In this document: piece by piece, positions 46,407 through 57,201 of the stretch
How the letters are laid out: each line of letters starts with the position of its first letter
Position numbering within the stretch: position 1 is the first letter of the stretch
DNA from: Thermoplasmata archaeon
GTDB taxonomy: Archaea > Thermoplasmatota > E2 > DHVEG-1
Reading direction: 5' to 3'
NCBI GenBank assembly: GCA_020054475.1
Contig: JAHWGJ010000001.1
Location: 122,434 to 186,433, forward strand
DNA: 64,000 nt
The notes under the pieces: model-generated
Databases searched by the model: none
What the model was told of the DNA's origin: nothing
Seen by the model: the letters and a program-made list of their open reading frames with translations, nothing else
Made by a program: the position numbers and the translations under genes

Positions 46407-47297
46407 TTATTCGGTTCCAATAAATATTTTTCTAAATTCATCTTTATCTCTTTTACTTTCTTTTTTAATTTGATCTAACATCTCTTGTCTATCTTTAGGG
46501 AGTCTCCCATTTACTCTGACATAGTTTGTATAGTGATCACTAAATATCATACTAGTAACATTTAATCCATTAATTAAGTCAAATGTTTCTTTTAGAATCT
46601 CATGCGGTGTTAGAATTTTAAATTTTCCTGTTTCAATTTCTTTTAAAATTGGAGTATTGATTTTTGGTAAAAATGTTCTAATTCTTATAAAATCTGGATT
46701 AATATGATTTAGTACTTTTATTGTCTCTGAAATATGATTTTTACTATATTTTTTTCCACCTATTCCAAGAACAACATACTCGCTAAGTTCAATTCCAACT
46801 TTTTTAATGAGATTCCCAGCTTGTATCTGAATATCAGATGTTGATCCTTTACATATATTTTTTAATACAACATCTGATCCCGATTCTAATCCAACATGTA
46901 TTCTAGATAAACCTGCATCTGATAATTTTTTCATATCATCAAATCCTTTTTTGATAATATACTGTGCAGATCCATAGATGGTTATTCTTTTAACATTTGG
47001 AAATAATTTTTTTGTATAAGATAAAATTTCAACAAAATCATCAGTCTTCATAATAATACTATTACCAGATGGGAAAAAAACAGTCTCAACTGGAAATAAA
47101 TAATTTTCTTTTGCCCAAAATAAATCTTCTTTTATCTCTTTAATAGATCGTATTTTGAATTTTGGTCCATTTTTATAAACCATGCAAAAAGTACATTTAT
47201 TCCAAGGACAGCCTATTGTTGTCTGCACTAAAAGACTATTTGCTTCACTGGGTGGTCTATATATTGGACCTTCATATCTTAATCCAGATAAAATCAT
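46407..47297 (-). CDS. Radical SAM protein
   Basis: YRPPSEANSLLVQTTIGCPWNKCTFCMVY is a cluster motif that reads CX4CX2C. TIM-barrel-like remainder (GLESGSD). Confidence 0.65.
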   Translation of the reverse strand: MILSGLRYEGPIYRPPSEANSLLVQTTIGCPWNKCTFCMVYKNGPKFKIRSIKEIKEDLFWAKENYLFPVETVFFPSGNSIIMKTDDFVEILSYTKKLFPNVKRITIYGSAQYIIKKGFDDMKKLSDAGLSRIHVGLESGSDVVLKNICKGSTSDIQIQAGNLIKKVGIELSEYVVLGIGGKKYSKNHISETIKVLNHINPDFIRIRTFLPKINTPILKEIETGKFKILTPHEILKETFDLINGLNVTSMIFSDHYTNYVRVNGRLPKDRQEMLDQIKKESKRDKDEFRKIFIGTE

Positions 47298-47392
47298 TAA
47301 TTAGAAATTAATAAAAAATCATTTTTTATAGATTATCATCATAGAAAAATTTGTTTGAATAAATTCAAGAAAATAATATTTAAAAAAATTGT

Positions 47393-48310
47393 TTAACACG
47401 TTATAAGTTCAACATCTGTAGATATTTGAATGGTAGATTCAATTATATTATATTTTGAATTTAAATATGAATTTATTTTTGAAACAAATTTTTCTTTATT
47501 GATATTATGATATTTCTCTTTTAATGAAATATGTGCAGAAAATACAATCATCTCTGGTGTAATTGTCCATAAATGCATGTTATTAAAATTTTTTATTTCA
47601 GAGAAATTATTTTTCAAATCATTACCAATAATGTCAACATCTAAACCTTTGGGTGCAGTCTCAAGAAGAACTCTTGATGATTCCTTTAAAATTCCCCAAG
47701 CCCAGTATAATATTAAACCTGAGATTAGAAGACTTACAAGAGGATCAATTATATTCCACCCTGTTAAAAGTATAATAATTGCAGCTAATATTATTCCTAT
47801 TGATGATACTGCATCTGAAATCATGTGATAAAAAACTCCCCTGATATTCATATTTTTCTTATGAGAGCCATGTAATATTGCTATACTTAGAATGTTTACA
47901 AAAAGTCCAATAAATGCAATAAAAAGCATTTGATATCCTAAGACTTCCTCAGGATTAATTAATCTTTGAATTGCTTCATAAATTATTATACTTACAACTA
48001 ATAATAAAAATAATCCATTGATAAAGGCGGCTAATACCTCCGCCCTATATAAACCAAAAGTTCTATGATGGCAGGGTGGTTTTTTTGCAATTAGTATTGC
48101 AACTAAGCTTATTGAAATTGCAAATGTATGTGTAAACATATGCCCCGCATCACTTAATAAGGCGATGCTATTTGTGAGGATAGATCCAATAATTTCAATT
48201 ATCATGACTATGGCTGTAATTGAAAGTGAAAAACTCAGTTTTTTCTTTTCAACATTTCTATATTCAAAAAGATGTTCTGAAAAAGGATTTTTTTTTCTTA
48301 TTTCAGCCAT
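47393..48310 (-). CDS. Cation diffusion facilitator (CDF) family metal efflux protein
   Basis: LLSDAGHMFTHTFAI (TM2 HxxxD-type site) and HMISDAVSSIG (TM5), six TM helices plus a cytoplasmic domain. ORF 47577..47828 (+) is a shadow. Confidence 0.8.
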   Translation of the reverse strand: MAEIRKKNPFSEHLFEYRNVEKKKLSFSLSITAIVMIIEIIGSILTNSIALLSDAGHMFTHTFAISISLVAILIAKKPPCHHRTFGLYRAEVLAAFINGLFLLLVVSIIIYEAIQRLINPEEVLGYQMLFIAFIGLFVNILSIAILHGSHKKNMNIRGVFYHMISDAVSSIGIILAAIIILLTGWNIIDPLVSLLISGLILYWAWGILKESSRVLLETAPKGLDVDIIGNDLKNNFSEIKNFNNMHLWTITPEMIVFSAHISLKEKYHNINKEKFVSKINSYLNSKYNIIESTIQISTDVELITC

Positions 48311-48333
48311 AAATTATAAATCTCCATTTTAAT

Positions 48334-48912
48334 CTATTTTGTTGTTTTTGTAAAAATTGTGAAAGATTGTTGATTTATAAAATCATACTCTTTATCTATT
48401 TCATATCCTGCTTTTTTCATTTCATTTCTTATTATTTCAGGTTTAATATAATGTCCAAATATTTTGTTAAAATTGAAAAATCCTTTTCCATTATGTTCAA
48501 TGATTATTATTTTACCATTTTTTTTTAATCCATTTCCAAGTTTTTGAAGATATTTCAATCTAGTAGGCATATGATGATATACATTTCTAAGGAAAAAATA
48601 ATCAAGTTTTTCTTTTGGTATTCTTGGAATATTGGATTTTGTATGTATTGTTGTAATGTTTTTCAAATTATTTTTTTCAGCTTGTAATTCTATATATTTT
48701 AAAAATTCCTTATTTGTATCAATTGCATAGATATGTCCTTCATTTTCAACTAGTTTTGCAAATCTTATTGTAAAATAGCCTCCGCCGGAACCAATATCTG
48801 CAATTTTATCACCTTTTTTAATTCTTAAAGTATTGATAATATGATCTGATTTTGATTTCTTTCTTGATGCTTTTTTATTGAACATTTTTGCCTTTTTAAA
48901 ATTATTTTCCAT
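48334..48912 (-). CDS. Class I SAM-dependent methyltransferase
   Basis: IADIGSGGGYFTIRFA motif I. Lies downstream of the CDF gene on the same strand. Confidence 0.7.
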   Translation of the reverse strand: MENNFKKAKMFNKKASRKKSKSDHIINTLRIKKGDKIADIGSGGGYFTIRFAKLVENEGHIYAIDTNKEFLKYIELQAEKNNLKNITTIHTKSNIPRIPKEKLDYFFLRNVYHHMPTRLKYLQKLGNGLKKNGKIIIIEHNGKGFFNFNKIFGHYIKPEIIRNEMKKAGYEIDKEYDFINQQSFTIFTKTTK

Positions 48913-49132
48913 TAAATGAGATCATATATTTTTCGTATATAAAAATAAGTAAATATTCATGAAAATATATTTTTCATTTTAAAATAAAGATTATTTGGAT
49001 AACAATTGGAGTTGAATTGGAAATAAATATTATAATGAATATTTTATTATATATAGGTTATATACTAATTAACATCTGTTAAGGATATATTTATATAAAA
49101 AATGTATATATAATATTATTAGGAGACAATAA

Positions 49133-50668
49133 ATGAAGAACCGAACTTTAATTTTAATAATAAGTTTAATGATGATAACTAATTTTTTTTTCGCATCTGG
49201 AGAAAAAACAGATGAAGATATAGATCCATTGGTTGATTTAACAGTTACAGTTGAAATAAAGCAAATACGATCATTAGAAAAAACTGATTTAGGATTATTG
49301 CCTATAGATAAAATTGATTATCTTAGTGATCCAGATTTTTATGTCAAAGTTTTCATAAATGATGAGGAGTTTATAAGCCCAATTTGGCATGATACAAAAT
49401 ATGTAAATGAGCCAGAATGGTCAGCATCATTAAATGTTCCAGATGAAGAAGAATATGTAAATATAACAATACAACTATGGGATTCAAGTCCAAATGGTGA
49501 TAAATTATGTGATCTTAGTGAAAACTATGGGGATTTTGATGAAAACTATGATGTTGATTTATTCTATAATTTAAAAACAGGTCATTGGGAGGGTGATGAC
49601 TGGCTTATCCCCTTCTGGGGTGGTTTAGATAAGAGTGGTTATGGACGTTTAAATGGCTGTGATGATAACAGTTATTATCAAAATAATCGAGATTGTGAGT
49701 TATATTTTGATATATATCAAAATGATTATGATAATGATGGTATACCTTATTGGACTGAATATAATGTTTTTAAAACAGATCCAACAATAAATAATATAGG
49801 TGAGGATCTTGATGAAGATGGAATTCCTATAGAATGGGAATTTAAATGGGGTTATTTCCAAAATATTGATTGGGAAAACTTTACGTGGGTTCATGATTGG
49901 AGATATAATCCAAATATTTGGGATGATCATAAGAATATTGATGAGGATGAAGATGGAATTGATAATTATGAAGAATATCTTACCTCTCAGTGGGGTTCCG
50001 ATCCTTATAGAAAAGATCTTTTTGTCGAACTAGATAAAATGGAGGCAGGCCCCAATGGGGAACCTGCAAGTGTAATGTCTGAAGGTGCAAAGGAATTACT
50101 ACAAATTGCTTATAACAAACATAATCTTGTATATCATCTTGATGATGGTAGTTGGGAAGATTCTGGATCGGACATAATACCTTTTGATGAATTAACTACC
50201 TCAGATTGGTTTGCATCGGATAATGATTTATCTCAGATTTATAATGATTATTTCTTACATAATGATGATGATAACTGGAGAAGAGGTGTTTTCCATTATG
50301 GTGTATTGATTTATCAATGTTCAATGGCAAATGGAAATGCATTTGGTAGTAATTCATTTCAGATTTCAAGCAATGGATTAGATGAAAAAGCTCGAAATTT
50401 ACCTTGGCTAGATCGAGACGTTGTTTATGCTAGTGCTTATATGCATGAATGTGGGCATACACTTGAATTAAATAATCCTGGTGTGGATGATTTTTCTTCT
50501 AAATACCCTTGGCAGTTTAATTGGTGGAAATGGCGTCCTTACAAGAGTGTTATGAATTATGGATATATGTATCAAATGGTTGATTATTCAGATGGTTCAA
50601 GGGGATTAAATGATTTTAATGATTGGAATGATATGGATCTTACTTCATTCCAAGAAGATTTCCCATAG
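49133..50668 (+). CDS. Secreted HExxH zinc metallopeptidase with N-terminal C2-like domain and acidic DxDxDG repeats
   Basis: Signal peptide. DPDFYVKVFINDEEF...NEPEWSASLNVPDEEEYVNITIQLWD. DNDGIPYW, DEDGIPIEW, DEDEDGIDNYEEY. AYMHECGHTLEL. SD AGGAG lies 7 nt before the ATG. Confidence 0.55.
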   Translation: MKNRTLILIISLMMITNFFFASGEKTDEDIDPLVDLTVTVEIKQIRSLEKTDLGLLPIDKIDYLSDPDFYVKVFINDEEFISPIWHDTKYVNEPEWSASLNVPDEEEYVNITIQLWDSSPNGDKLCDLSENYGDFDENYDVDLFYNLKTGHWEGDDWLIPFWGGLDKSGYGRLNGCDDNSYYQNNRDCELYFDIYQNDYDNDGIPYWTEYNVFKTDPTINNIGEDLDEDGIPIEWEFKWGYFQNIDWENFTWVHDWRYNPNIWDDHKNIDEDEDGIDNYEEYLTSQWGSDPYRKDLFVELDKMEAGPNGEPASVMSEGAKELLQIAYNKHNLVYHLDDGSWEDSGSDIIPFDELTTSDWFASDNDLSQIYNDYFLHNDDDNWRRGVFHYGVLIYQCSMANGNAFGSNSFQISSNGLDEKARNLPWLDRDVVYASAYMHECGHTLELNNPGVDDFSSKYPWQFNWWKWRPYKSVMNYGYMYQMVDYSDGSRGLNDFNDWNDMDLTSFQEDFP

Positions 50669-50698
50669 ACCTATTTAATTAATAGAAGGTTAAATTTG

Positions 50699-51853
50699 AT
50701 GAAAGAAAAAATAGTGACAATAATAATTTTAATGCTTCTTGTTTTCTTGTCGTTACTATATCCTACAATTGGTATTTCAATTCCAATAAAAAATATTAAG
50801 ACTTTGAATAACTCTGAATATCATTATTTTACTTATCCTGAAATGACAGATTTATTGCATAATCTTCAAGAAAATCATTCAGATATAATGACGTTAGAGT
50901 CAATAGGAGAAACCTATTTGGGTAGAGATATTTGGATGGTTAAACTTTCTGATAATGCTCAACAAAATGAGAATGAACCGGGTGTTCTTTTTATGGCTGC
51001 ACATCATGGCAATGAAAAAGCATCTTTTGAGGTTTTAATATATTTCATACGCCATATGGTTAATAATTATTCTAAAGTTAATACTGATGATGATGGAGAC
51101 GATTTGATTAATGAAGATCCTATAGATGGGATCGATAATGATGATGATGGGTTTATTGATGAGGATCCTTCTGAAGATAGAATTAGAGATGCAATTGATA
51201 ATACTCAGATTTTTATTATACCAATGGTTAGTCCTGATGGTGTTGTTGCTAATTCAAGGAAGAATTGTGCCCCAAATTATGGATCTTTTGGAAGAAGTAG
51301 TGAAATAACTTCATATGGTGTAAATCTTAATAGAAATTATGATGATAACTGGTTTTTATATTATATTTTTCCAACTCATTATCATTTCACTATGAATACA
51401 TTAGATCAAAGTTTCAATTATAGGGGACCTTATCCTTTCTCAGAAAATGAAACAATGGCTGTGAAAAATTTTGTTGAAGGACAAGATATCAGCATCTCAT
51501 TATCTTTCCATTCATTTAGTGAAGTAATAATTTATCCTTGGATGCATACAAGTAAAGATGCCCCTCATGAGGAATTATTTATTTCGGTTGGTGAAAATAT
51601 GTCAAGGATAAATAATTATTATCTTTATACTGGTAGAAATTATATTATTCCTAGATATGGAGGTACTCTTGGATCTTCTGAAAATTGGTTATATAGAGAA
51701 CAAGGTATTCTATCTTTTACAATGGAACTTTGTAGAGAATATGCTCCATCCAATCCGGATGATATTCTTTCTGCATGTTATAATCATGTTGGAGTGAATC
51801 TATATATCTGTGAAAGATCTTTGGTAATAGAGGAAGAAAAATTATCTTTATGA
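50699..51853 (+). CDS. Secreted M14 zinc carboxypeptidase with acidic insertion
   Basis: YHYFTYPEMTDLLHNL...GRDIWMVKLSDN...FMAAHHGNEKAS (HxxE), SFHSFSEVIIYPW (third His), FTMELCRE (catalytic Glu region). Insertion DDDGDDLINEDPIDGIDNDDDGFIDEDPSED. Confidence 0.8.
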   Translation: MKEKIVTIIILMLLVFLSLLYPTIGISIPIKNIKTLNNSEYHYFTYPEMTDLLHNLQENHSDIMTLESIGETYLGRDIWMVKLSDNAQQNENEPGVLFMAAHHGNEKASFEVLIYFIRHMVNNYSKVNTDDDGDDLINEDPIDGIDNDDDGFIDEDPSEDRIRDAIDNTQIFIIPMVSPDGVVANSRKNCAPNYGSFGRSSEITSYGVNLNRNYDDNWFLYYIFPTHYHFTMNTLDQSFNYRGPYPFSENETMAVKNFVEGQDISISLSFHSFSEVIIYPWMHTSKDAPHEELFISVGENMSRINNYYLYTGRNYIIPRYGGTLGSSENWLYREQGILSFTMELCREYAPSNPDDILSACYNHVGVNLYICERSLVIEEEKLSL

Positions 51854-53941
51854 ATAATTTGTTGAAATTAATTCCCCATCTAATTTTAATGACATTAGCC
51901 CATTTGGTATCTGAAATTCATCAACATCTGCTGATATCTTAACAATTCCACCAGCTTCAGGGGAATAATGATAATTCAGTAATTCTTCTCCAAAAATACC
52001 ATATGATATTTTATATGAATCAAATGTTCCAATATCTATTGAGACGCTTTCCTCAGCGATACAATGAAACATATTTGGTCTACCTGAAACTCTATTAGAA
52101 TAATTATCAGGGAAAACAGGTAAGTCCATTATTTGACTAATCCTATCAATAATTTTTAAAATGTTTAAACCTGTTGATTCAAATTTAGTATTCATCAGTA
52201 TTCTAGTTGTTTGAAAATCCCATTTTTTATCTACATTAATTGGGAAATCTAATAATTTATAGCCATTATTAAATTCATTCATTAACGTTATATCAAATGG
52301 AATAGGTAAAGGTAAAGGTATTAGTCCAATTACTGGCATTATTTTCCCATTTAATCTGATTGTTAGGTTATCTATTCCAAAGGTATTTTTATTTAATTTT
52401 ATTATTCCACTAATTTGCCCGTCTCTTGTTAGATAAATACCTGGTCTAAATAATGTGTAGAAAAATAAGAGATTAACTCTTGCTGATAAATCTCCTTCAA
52501 AATTAAATATATAATAATCATTAGTAATTTCTGTAACAATAAAATTAAGATTTTGTATGGTTGCTTGTGCTGAAATATTTAGTGCACCAGTAATAGAAAC
52601 CATCATTTCATCAATATTATAGGTCCAAGAGTCCCCAATTTCCCATAATTCAATAATTGCTGCTGTTTCATCCGTAACTATATTACCCATATCATCTTCG
52701 ATTGTAAGTTTTACAGTATACACGCCAGGTTGTGAATAAATATGGCTTTCTGATAGATTATTTTTAATCGTTCCATCACCAAAATTCCATTCATAGGTGA
52801 TTATATTAGTTTCAGGTGCAAAACTACTGCTAGCTTCAAAATTTATTGATGAACCTGAATTCCCATAGTATGGTCCTCCAGATCTTGCTACTGGTTTGCA
52901 CGTATAATTCTCAGGATTATAATCAACCCATTGAATTTGTATATCATCTATATGTAAGCTACCATATGCTATATTGAAGAAGCCATTATATCCGCCATTT
53001 GTTCCCCAACTATTTTTTATTCTCCAGAATCCTCCACTTGGAATTAAGGAATCATCCTTCCATCCAACTATTACTACGTTATGGTTTACATCTGGATAAT
53101 CTTCATGGGGATAATAATCATCAGGGCTGTTATGACTATTATACCATTGTCCAAAACTTGGGGATACGGCAATACTAGTTATAACAGGTCCAAATGTATA
53201 AACCTGTGATTTAATTGTTGCAATATCTTCTTGTGATCCATTTATATTATAATATCCATAATCCGATATTGGGATGAGCATTTCTTCCCAGTTATCACAT
53301 TTGTAATCACAAAGTACAGGACGATAAGCTTTTTGGTAAAAATCCCAACCTCCTTTATCTATTCCATGATATTTAAAACATGATTCTGGAATTATTCCGT
53401 TATGATAATTTCCCCAAGAAGTATTAGCAATTATAAATCTAAAAGCAGCATTTGCTATTCCGCCGCGACAACTTCCTGCAAGTGGTAAACAAGACATTAC
53501 ATATTGTTCAGATAGATCCATATCTAGATTTGGGCAATTTTCTCTTACATTCATAATACATTCAAGACAACCAATTGCCGCAAAAAGCCAGCAACTTCCA
53601 CAAGCCCCCTGATCTTGGATTGGGGACGTCCAATCCTCCCCATCTATATCCATCCAGCTAAAATCATCTGGAACATCGACAATTTCAGGTTTTGGTGATA
53701 AGCTTTCAGGATCATTTGCAAGTATATATTCCTCCATCAAGGGATATTCAAACCATTGGTTTTTATATTCATTTTTCTCAATAGTATCGTATAAATTGTC
53801 TTGGTTTTCACATTCACAATCATTTTCATTGATTAGAATATTAGATTCAATTATATTGGAATCTGCTGAACTTGATAATGGGTATAAAGAAATTATTGTT
53901 AAGATTATCATTAAACATAAACTTATTATTTTTTTATTCAT
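51848..53941 (-). CDS. Secreted papain-like (C1A) cysteine peptidase with PKD domain and large C-terminal domain
   Basis: QDQGACGSCWLFAA, VNHNVVIVGW, WRIKNSWGTNGG. EWNFGDGTIKNNLSESHIYSQPGVYTVKLTIEDDMGN is a classical PKD domain. SD GGAGG lies 6 nt before the ATG. Confidence 0.8.
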   Translation of the reverse strand: MNKKIISLCLMIILTIISLYPLSSSADSNIIESNILINENDCECENQDNLYDTIEKNEYKNQWFEYPLMEEYILANDPESLSPKPEIVDVPDDFSWMDIDGEDWTSPIQDQGACGSCWLFAAIGCLECIMNVRENCPNLDMDLSEQYVMSCLPLAGSCRGGIANAAFRFIIANTSWGNYHNGIIPESCFKYHGIDKGGWDFYQKAYRPVLCDYKCDNWEEMLIPISDYGYYNINGSQEDIATIKSQVYTFGPVITSIAVSPSFGQWYNSHNSPDDYYPHEDYPDVNHNVVIVGWKDDSLIPSGGFWRIKNSWGTNGGYNGFFNIAYGSLHIDDIQIQWVDYNPENYTCKPVARSGGPYYGNSGSSINFEASSSFAPETNIITYEWNFGDGTIKNNLSESHIYSQPGVYTVKLTIEDDMGNIVTDETAAIIELWEIGDSWTYNIDEMMVSITGALNISAQATIQNLNFIVTEITNDYYIFNFEGDLSARVNLLFFYTLFRPGIYLTRDGQISGIIKLNKNTFGIDNLTIRLNGKIMPVIGLIPLPLPIPFDITLMNEFNNGYKLLDFPINVDKKWDFQTTRILMNTKFESTGLNILKIIDRISQIMDLPVFPDNYSNRVSGRPNMFHCIAEESVSIDIGTFDSYKISYGIFGEELLNYHYSPEAGGIVKISADVDEFQIPNGLMSLKLDGELISTNYS

Positions 53942-54094
53942 TGTTTTCCTCCAAATATAATATATAAATTCAAATATTAAATTTTTTCTAAAGAATAATT
54001 GTACAAATTAGTAAATTATTTAATTATTAATAATTTAATGTTATATATGTTGCAATAAGACGCAGTATCTTTTTTTATTGTTTTAGTATCAAAT

Positions 54095-55930
54095 TTAGTT
54101 ATAGCCACCAATTTTTAAACTTGGATCACCTAATATTACAAATCCTTGAATTGTATGAAGATGCCATATCGTACTTGGTAATTTATATGAATTTAGATAT
54201 TGATTTATTGCATATCCCCAACATTCACCTAGGGTTTCCTTATTTTCAATGCCATAGCCTTTCAGTATTTGAAGTTGAATAAAACCATATCCTGATTCCA
54301 CACAGTCTGGTTCATTATTTCCATCCCCATCTAAATCACCATATTCTCCAGGTGATGCCGTTGGATAGCAAGTATAACCTAATGTAGCAATGCCTCCACC
54401 ATTTATTTTTCGAGCAAGCCACCAACCAAGTCCTTCTGGTATAAACCTCCAAGTATAAGTGTAGATTCGGTTAAAATTGCTTACATTAAACATTGCAGTA
54501 TGACATCCCCCTAGCAATGTTATTGGGTATTCATTATTTTTAAAACAAGGGACATCTGTCATGTATAATCCCTCTTCCCATTCCTCAAAATTTTCAGGAG
54601 GATGTGTACCAAATTTAAGTGGGTTTCCATGACCATGCATATGTAAAAATAATGCCCCCTCTCCAAGACCTTCTCTTATAGTTTCGGGATTTATTGGCAT
54701 ATCTGTAGCATATACTTTTTCATAGTCAAATCCTGGTAAAAAATCTAAGGATTTATCGCAGACAATTTCACCTTCAATTCCCGGATCTTCGAAATTATCC
54801 CCACCTACTAAAACAATATTATTTCCAGTAAGACTATTCTCATATTCTATTGTTTTATCAACTATAATTTTTAATTCAAAAATATTTCTACAAGGCCATC
54901 TTCCCACAAATACTTCAGGATATAAATCGATTTCATCCTTCAAAAATTGATTTTCAGGCCATTCGCTAAAAACATTATTTTCATCAGTATCCCATGTTGA
55001 AAAATTTTGATTTCCATCATATAAATCCGCAAAATATAAATCACTCATATATTTGGTCTCTTCATACCAGTAAATATGAACATATCTTACAGGAGTATAC
55101 CATGTTTCAAATATACCTGGTTTTCTACCACCTACTAGTAAAACATGAGATATCCCCCAATTATCAAAAGCATTTTTTATAAAATATTTTACTTTTTCAG
55201 CTTCATCTCTTCCTTCAACTGGAAAATAAGTACTTTCATAGATAGATTCTAGTGTAATTAATCTTGTTTTTAACCCATGTGTTTCTTTATGTTCTACATA
55301 TGTTTGAAGATCTTCAGAAAACTCTTCTGGGGCAATAATGATCAAATCAATATTATCAATTGAAGATGCGGGTTCTTTTGAATATTCAACAATAATATTT
55401 ATTTCACAACTACATATATAATATATATTATCTTGAAAATTTCGAATTGGATAATAAATAATATCTAGAAAAATACTTTGTTCTCCATTATTCAATCCGG
55501 AGGATATTTTATATTCGAACCAGTTATCCGGATAAATTTCCTCTAGATTATTTATTGATCTTTCATTTGTAAAATAAGTTTGTTTTCCGGGAGGTAGTGG
55601 TTCTGGAGAATATAATAATTTTTTTGATATTTTTTCTCTAGTTATATCAGATGTAATTTTAAATTCTATTTCCTTTATTATTGTACCATAAGGATAAACA
55701 TATGTCTTTTTATATATTGGTAAAATTGGTTTATTTTCATTTATAATTACTGAATTTGCCTCTTCAAGTAATATATTTGTATTATCCGTTGAGTAATCTA
55801 ATTTTGGTTTTGAGAATTCCATACATTCTTTTATAGATACCTCCTTCTCTTGTGTTTGTATTGATGCAATACTAATACTATTTATAGAAAAAATAAAGAT
55901 TATACATATTATCAATAATTTTTTTAGCAT
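54095..55930 (-). CDS. Secreted gingipain-like (C25) cysteine peptidase
   Basis: IIAPEEFSEDLQTYVEHKETHGLKTRLITLESIY, LFLHMHGHGNPLKFG (His) and ITLLGGCHTAMF (Cys) occur in C25 order. SD GGGAG before the ATG. Confidence 0.65.
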   Translation of the reverse strand: MLKKLLIICIIFIFSINSISIASIQTQEKEVSIKECMEFSKPKLDYSTDNTNILLEEANSVIINENKPILPIYKKTYVYPYGTIIKEIEFKITSDITREKISKKLLYSPEPLPPGKQTYFTNERSINNLEEIYPDNWFEYKISSGLNNGEQSIFLDIIYYPIRNFQDNIYYICSCEINIIVEYSKEPASSIDNIDLIIIAPEEFSEDLQTYVEHKETHGLKTRLITLESIYESTYFPVEGRDEAEKVKYFIKNAFDNWGISHVLLVGGRKPGIFETWYTPVRYVHIYWYEETKYMSDLYFADLYDGNQNFSTWDTDENNVFSEWPENQFLKDEIDLYPEVFVGRWPCRNIFELKIIVDKTIEYENSLTGNNIVLVGGDNFEDPGIEGEIVCDKSLDFLPGFDYEKVYATDMPINPETIREGLGEGALFLHMHGHGNPLKFGTHPPENFEEWEEGLYMTDVPCFKNNEYPITLLGGCHTAMFNVSNFNRIYTYTWRFIPEGLGWWLARKINGGGIATLGYTCYPTASPGEYGDLDGDGNNEPDCVESGYGFIQLQILKGYGIENKETLGECWGYAINQYLNSYKLPSTIWHLHTIQGFVILGDPSLKIGGYN

Positions 55931-56035
55931 TATTTTACTCCCTTATACAATAAATATATCTTAAGCTTAAATAATTTATGTAAAGCGATAAAATTCTTTA
56001 TAAAAAAAAAAAATCTTTTAGTTATAAAATTTTTT

Positions 56036-57133
56036 TTAATTATTTATTTTCTTATTTTCAAGTTTTATCGCATTATATTGACATACTTCATGACAACAAT
56101 AGCATTTTATACATTTTGAATAATCAATTTTTGCAATATTCTTATCGATTTTGATTATTTTTTTTGGGCATATTTTTACACATTCACCACATGCGTTACA
56201 ATTTTCTTTAGGAATAGGATATTTACTTGGAATTTTTTTCCCAGTAAGTATATGATCTGCGGTTGAAGGTAAATCAAAATTATTATATTTGATATCCTTT
56301 GGATTTAGAAGAGGGTATTCAATTTTATTTGGCCATAGTTTTCTTATTTTTGCTTCTTTTAAAGTTGGAATACCTACTGGCTGAATATTTAAAATATCGC
56401 AAACTGCAAGATCAATAGCATATGGATTATCTGAGGCAAGTGATAAACCTAAATCAACTATTTTACCTCCTGCAGGTCCATCACCCTCCATGGCCATTAT
56501 ACCATCCATAATGATTAAATTAGGTTTTGTAATTGATAGGATATCAAGTAACATTTCTGCAAAAGCTTTTCTTCTTATAAACTTAGAATGATATCTTGCT
56601 TTTATTAATCCAGGAATTGTCCCATACATATTTTTTATTGCAAGTGTCATAATCATTAATGAATGAGTTTTTAATTTTGGTAGGGAAATAATTTTATCTG
56701 CTTCAATCACGAAATTGCAGATCGAGGTTTTCCTTATTCTTTTCCCATTTGGAATATCAACTTTTTTAGATCTTGTATCATAGTTTAACTCAATTCCAAA
56801 TTCGTTTGATAAGTCAATTAGTCCACTTTTACTATATACTTTTTCTAATCTTCTCTTTGTAAAAGGACCAGAGGGTGAATCACCTATGTATGGAATAGCA
56901 TCAATTTGTAAAATTTCTTTTGCTACGATTTTGATAAAATTTGGATGAGTAACTACAGATTTCTCTGGTTCACTTGCATTAAGAAGATTAGTTTTTAATA
57001 AAACTCTATCTCCTTTTTCTATAAAATTTTTTATTCCCCCAAGTGGTTTAATTAAAGAATCGATCTCTAAAGTCTCGTAAGTAGATTTTTGAATTGTAAC
57101 TTTTGGATTTAAATTAATATTCTCTTTGTTCAT
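56036..57133 (-). CDS. DUF362 domain protein with C-terminal 2x[4Fe-4S] ferredoxin domain
   Basis: GDRVLLKTNLL...THPNFIKIVAKEIL...IGDSPSG (DUF362). CNACGECVKICP and CIKCYCCHEVC cluster motifs. Confidence 0.7.
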   Translation of the reverse strand: MNKENINLNPKVTIQKSTYETLEIDSLIKPLGGIKNFIEKGDRVLLKTNLLNASEPEKSVVTHPNFIKIVAKEILQIDAIPYIGDSPSGPFTKRRLEKVYSKSGLIDLSNEFGIELNYDTRSKKVDIPNGKRIRKTSICNFVIEADKIISLPKLKTHSLMIMTLAIKNMYGTIPGLIKARYHSKFIRRKAFAEMLLDILSITKPNLIIMDGIMAMEGDGPAGGKIVDLGLSLASDNPYAIDLAVCDILNIQPVGIPTLKEAKIRKLWPNKIEYPLLNPKDIKYNNFDLPSTADHILTGKKIPSKYPIPKENCNACGECVKICPKKIIKIDKNIAKIDYSKCIKCYCCHEVCQYNAIKLENKKINN

Positions 57134-57201
57134 TTTAGATGAAATAAAAATTTAATTATATAAAGATATACAATCAAGAAATTATCTAATGATATCTTTC
57201 A

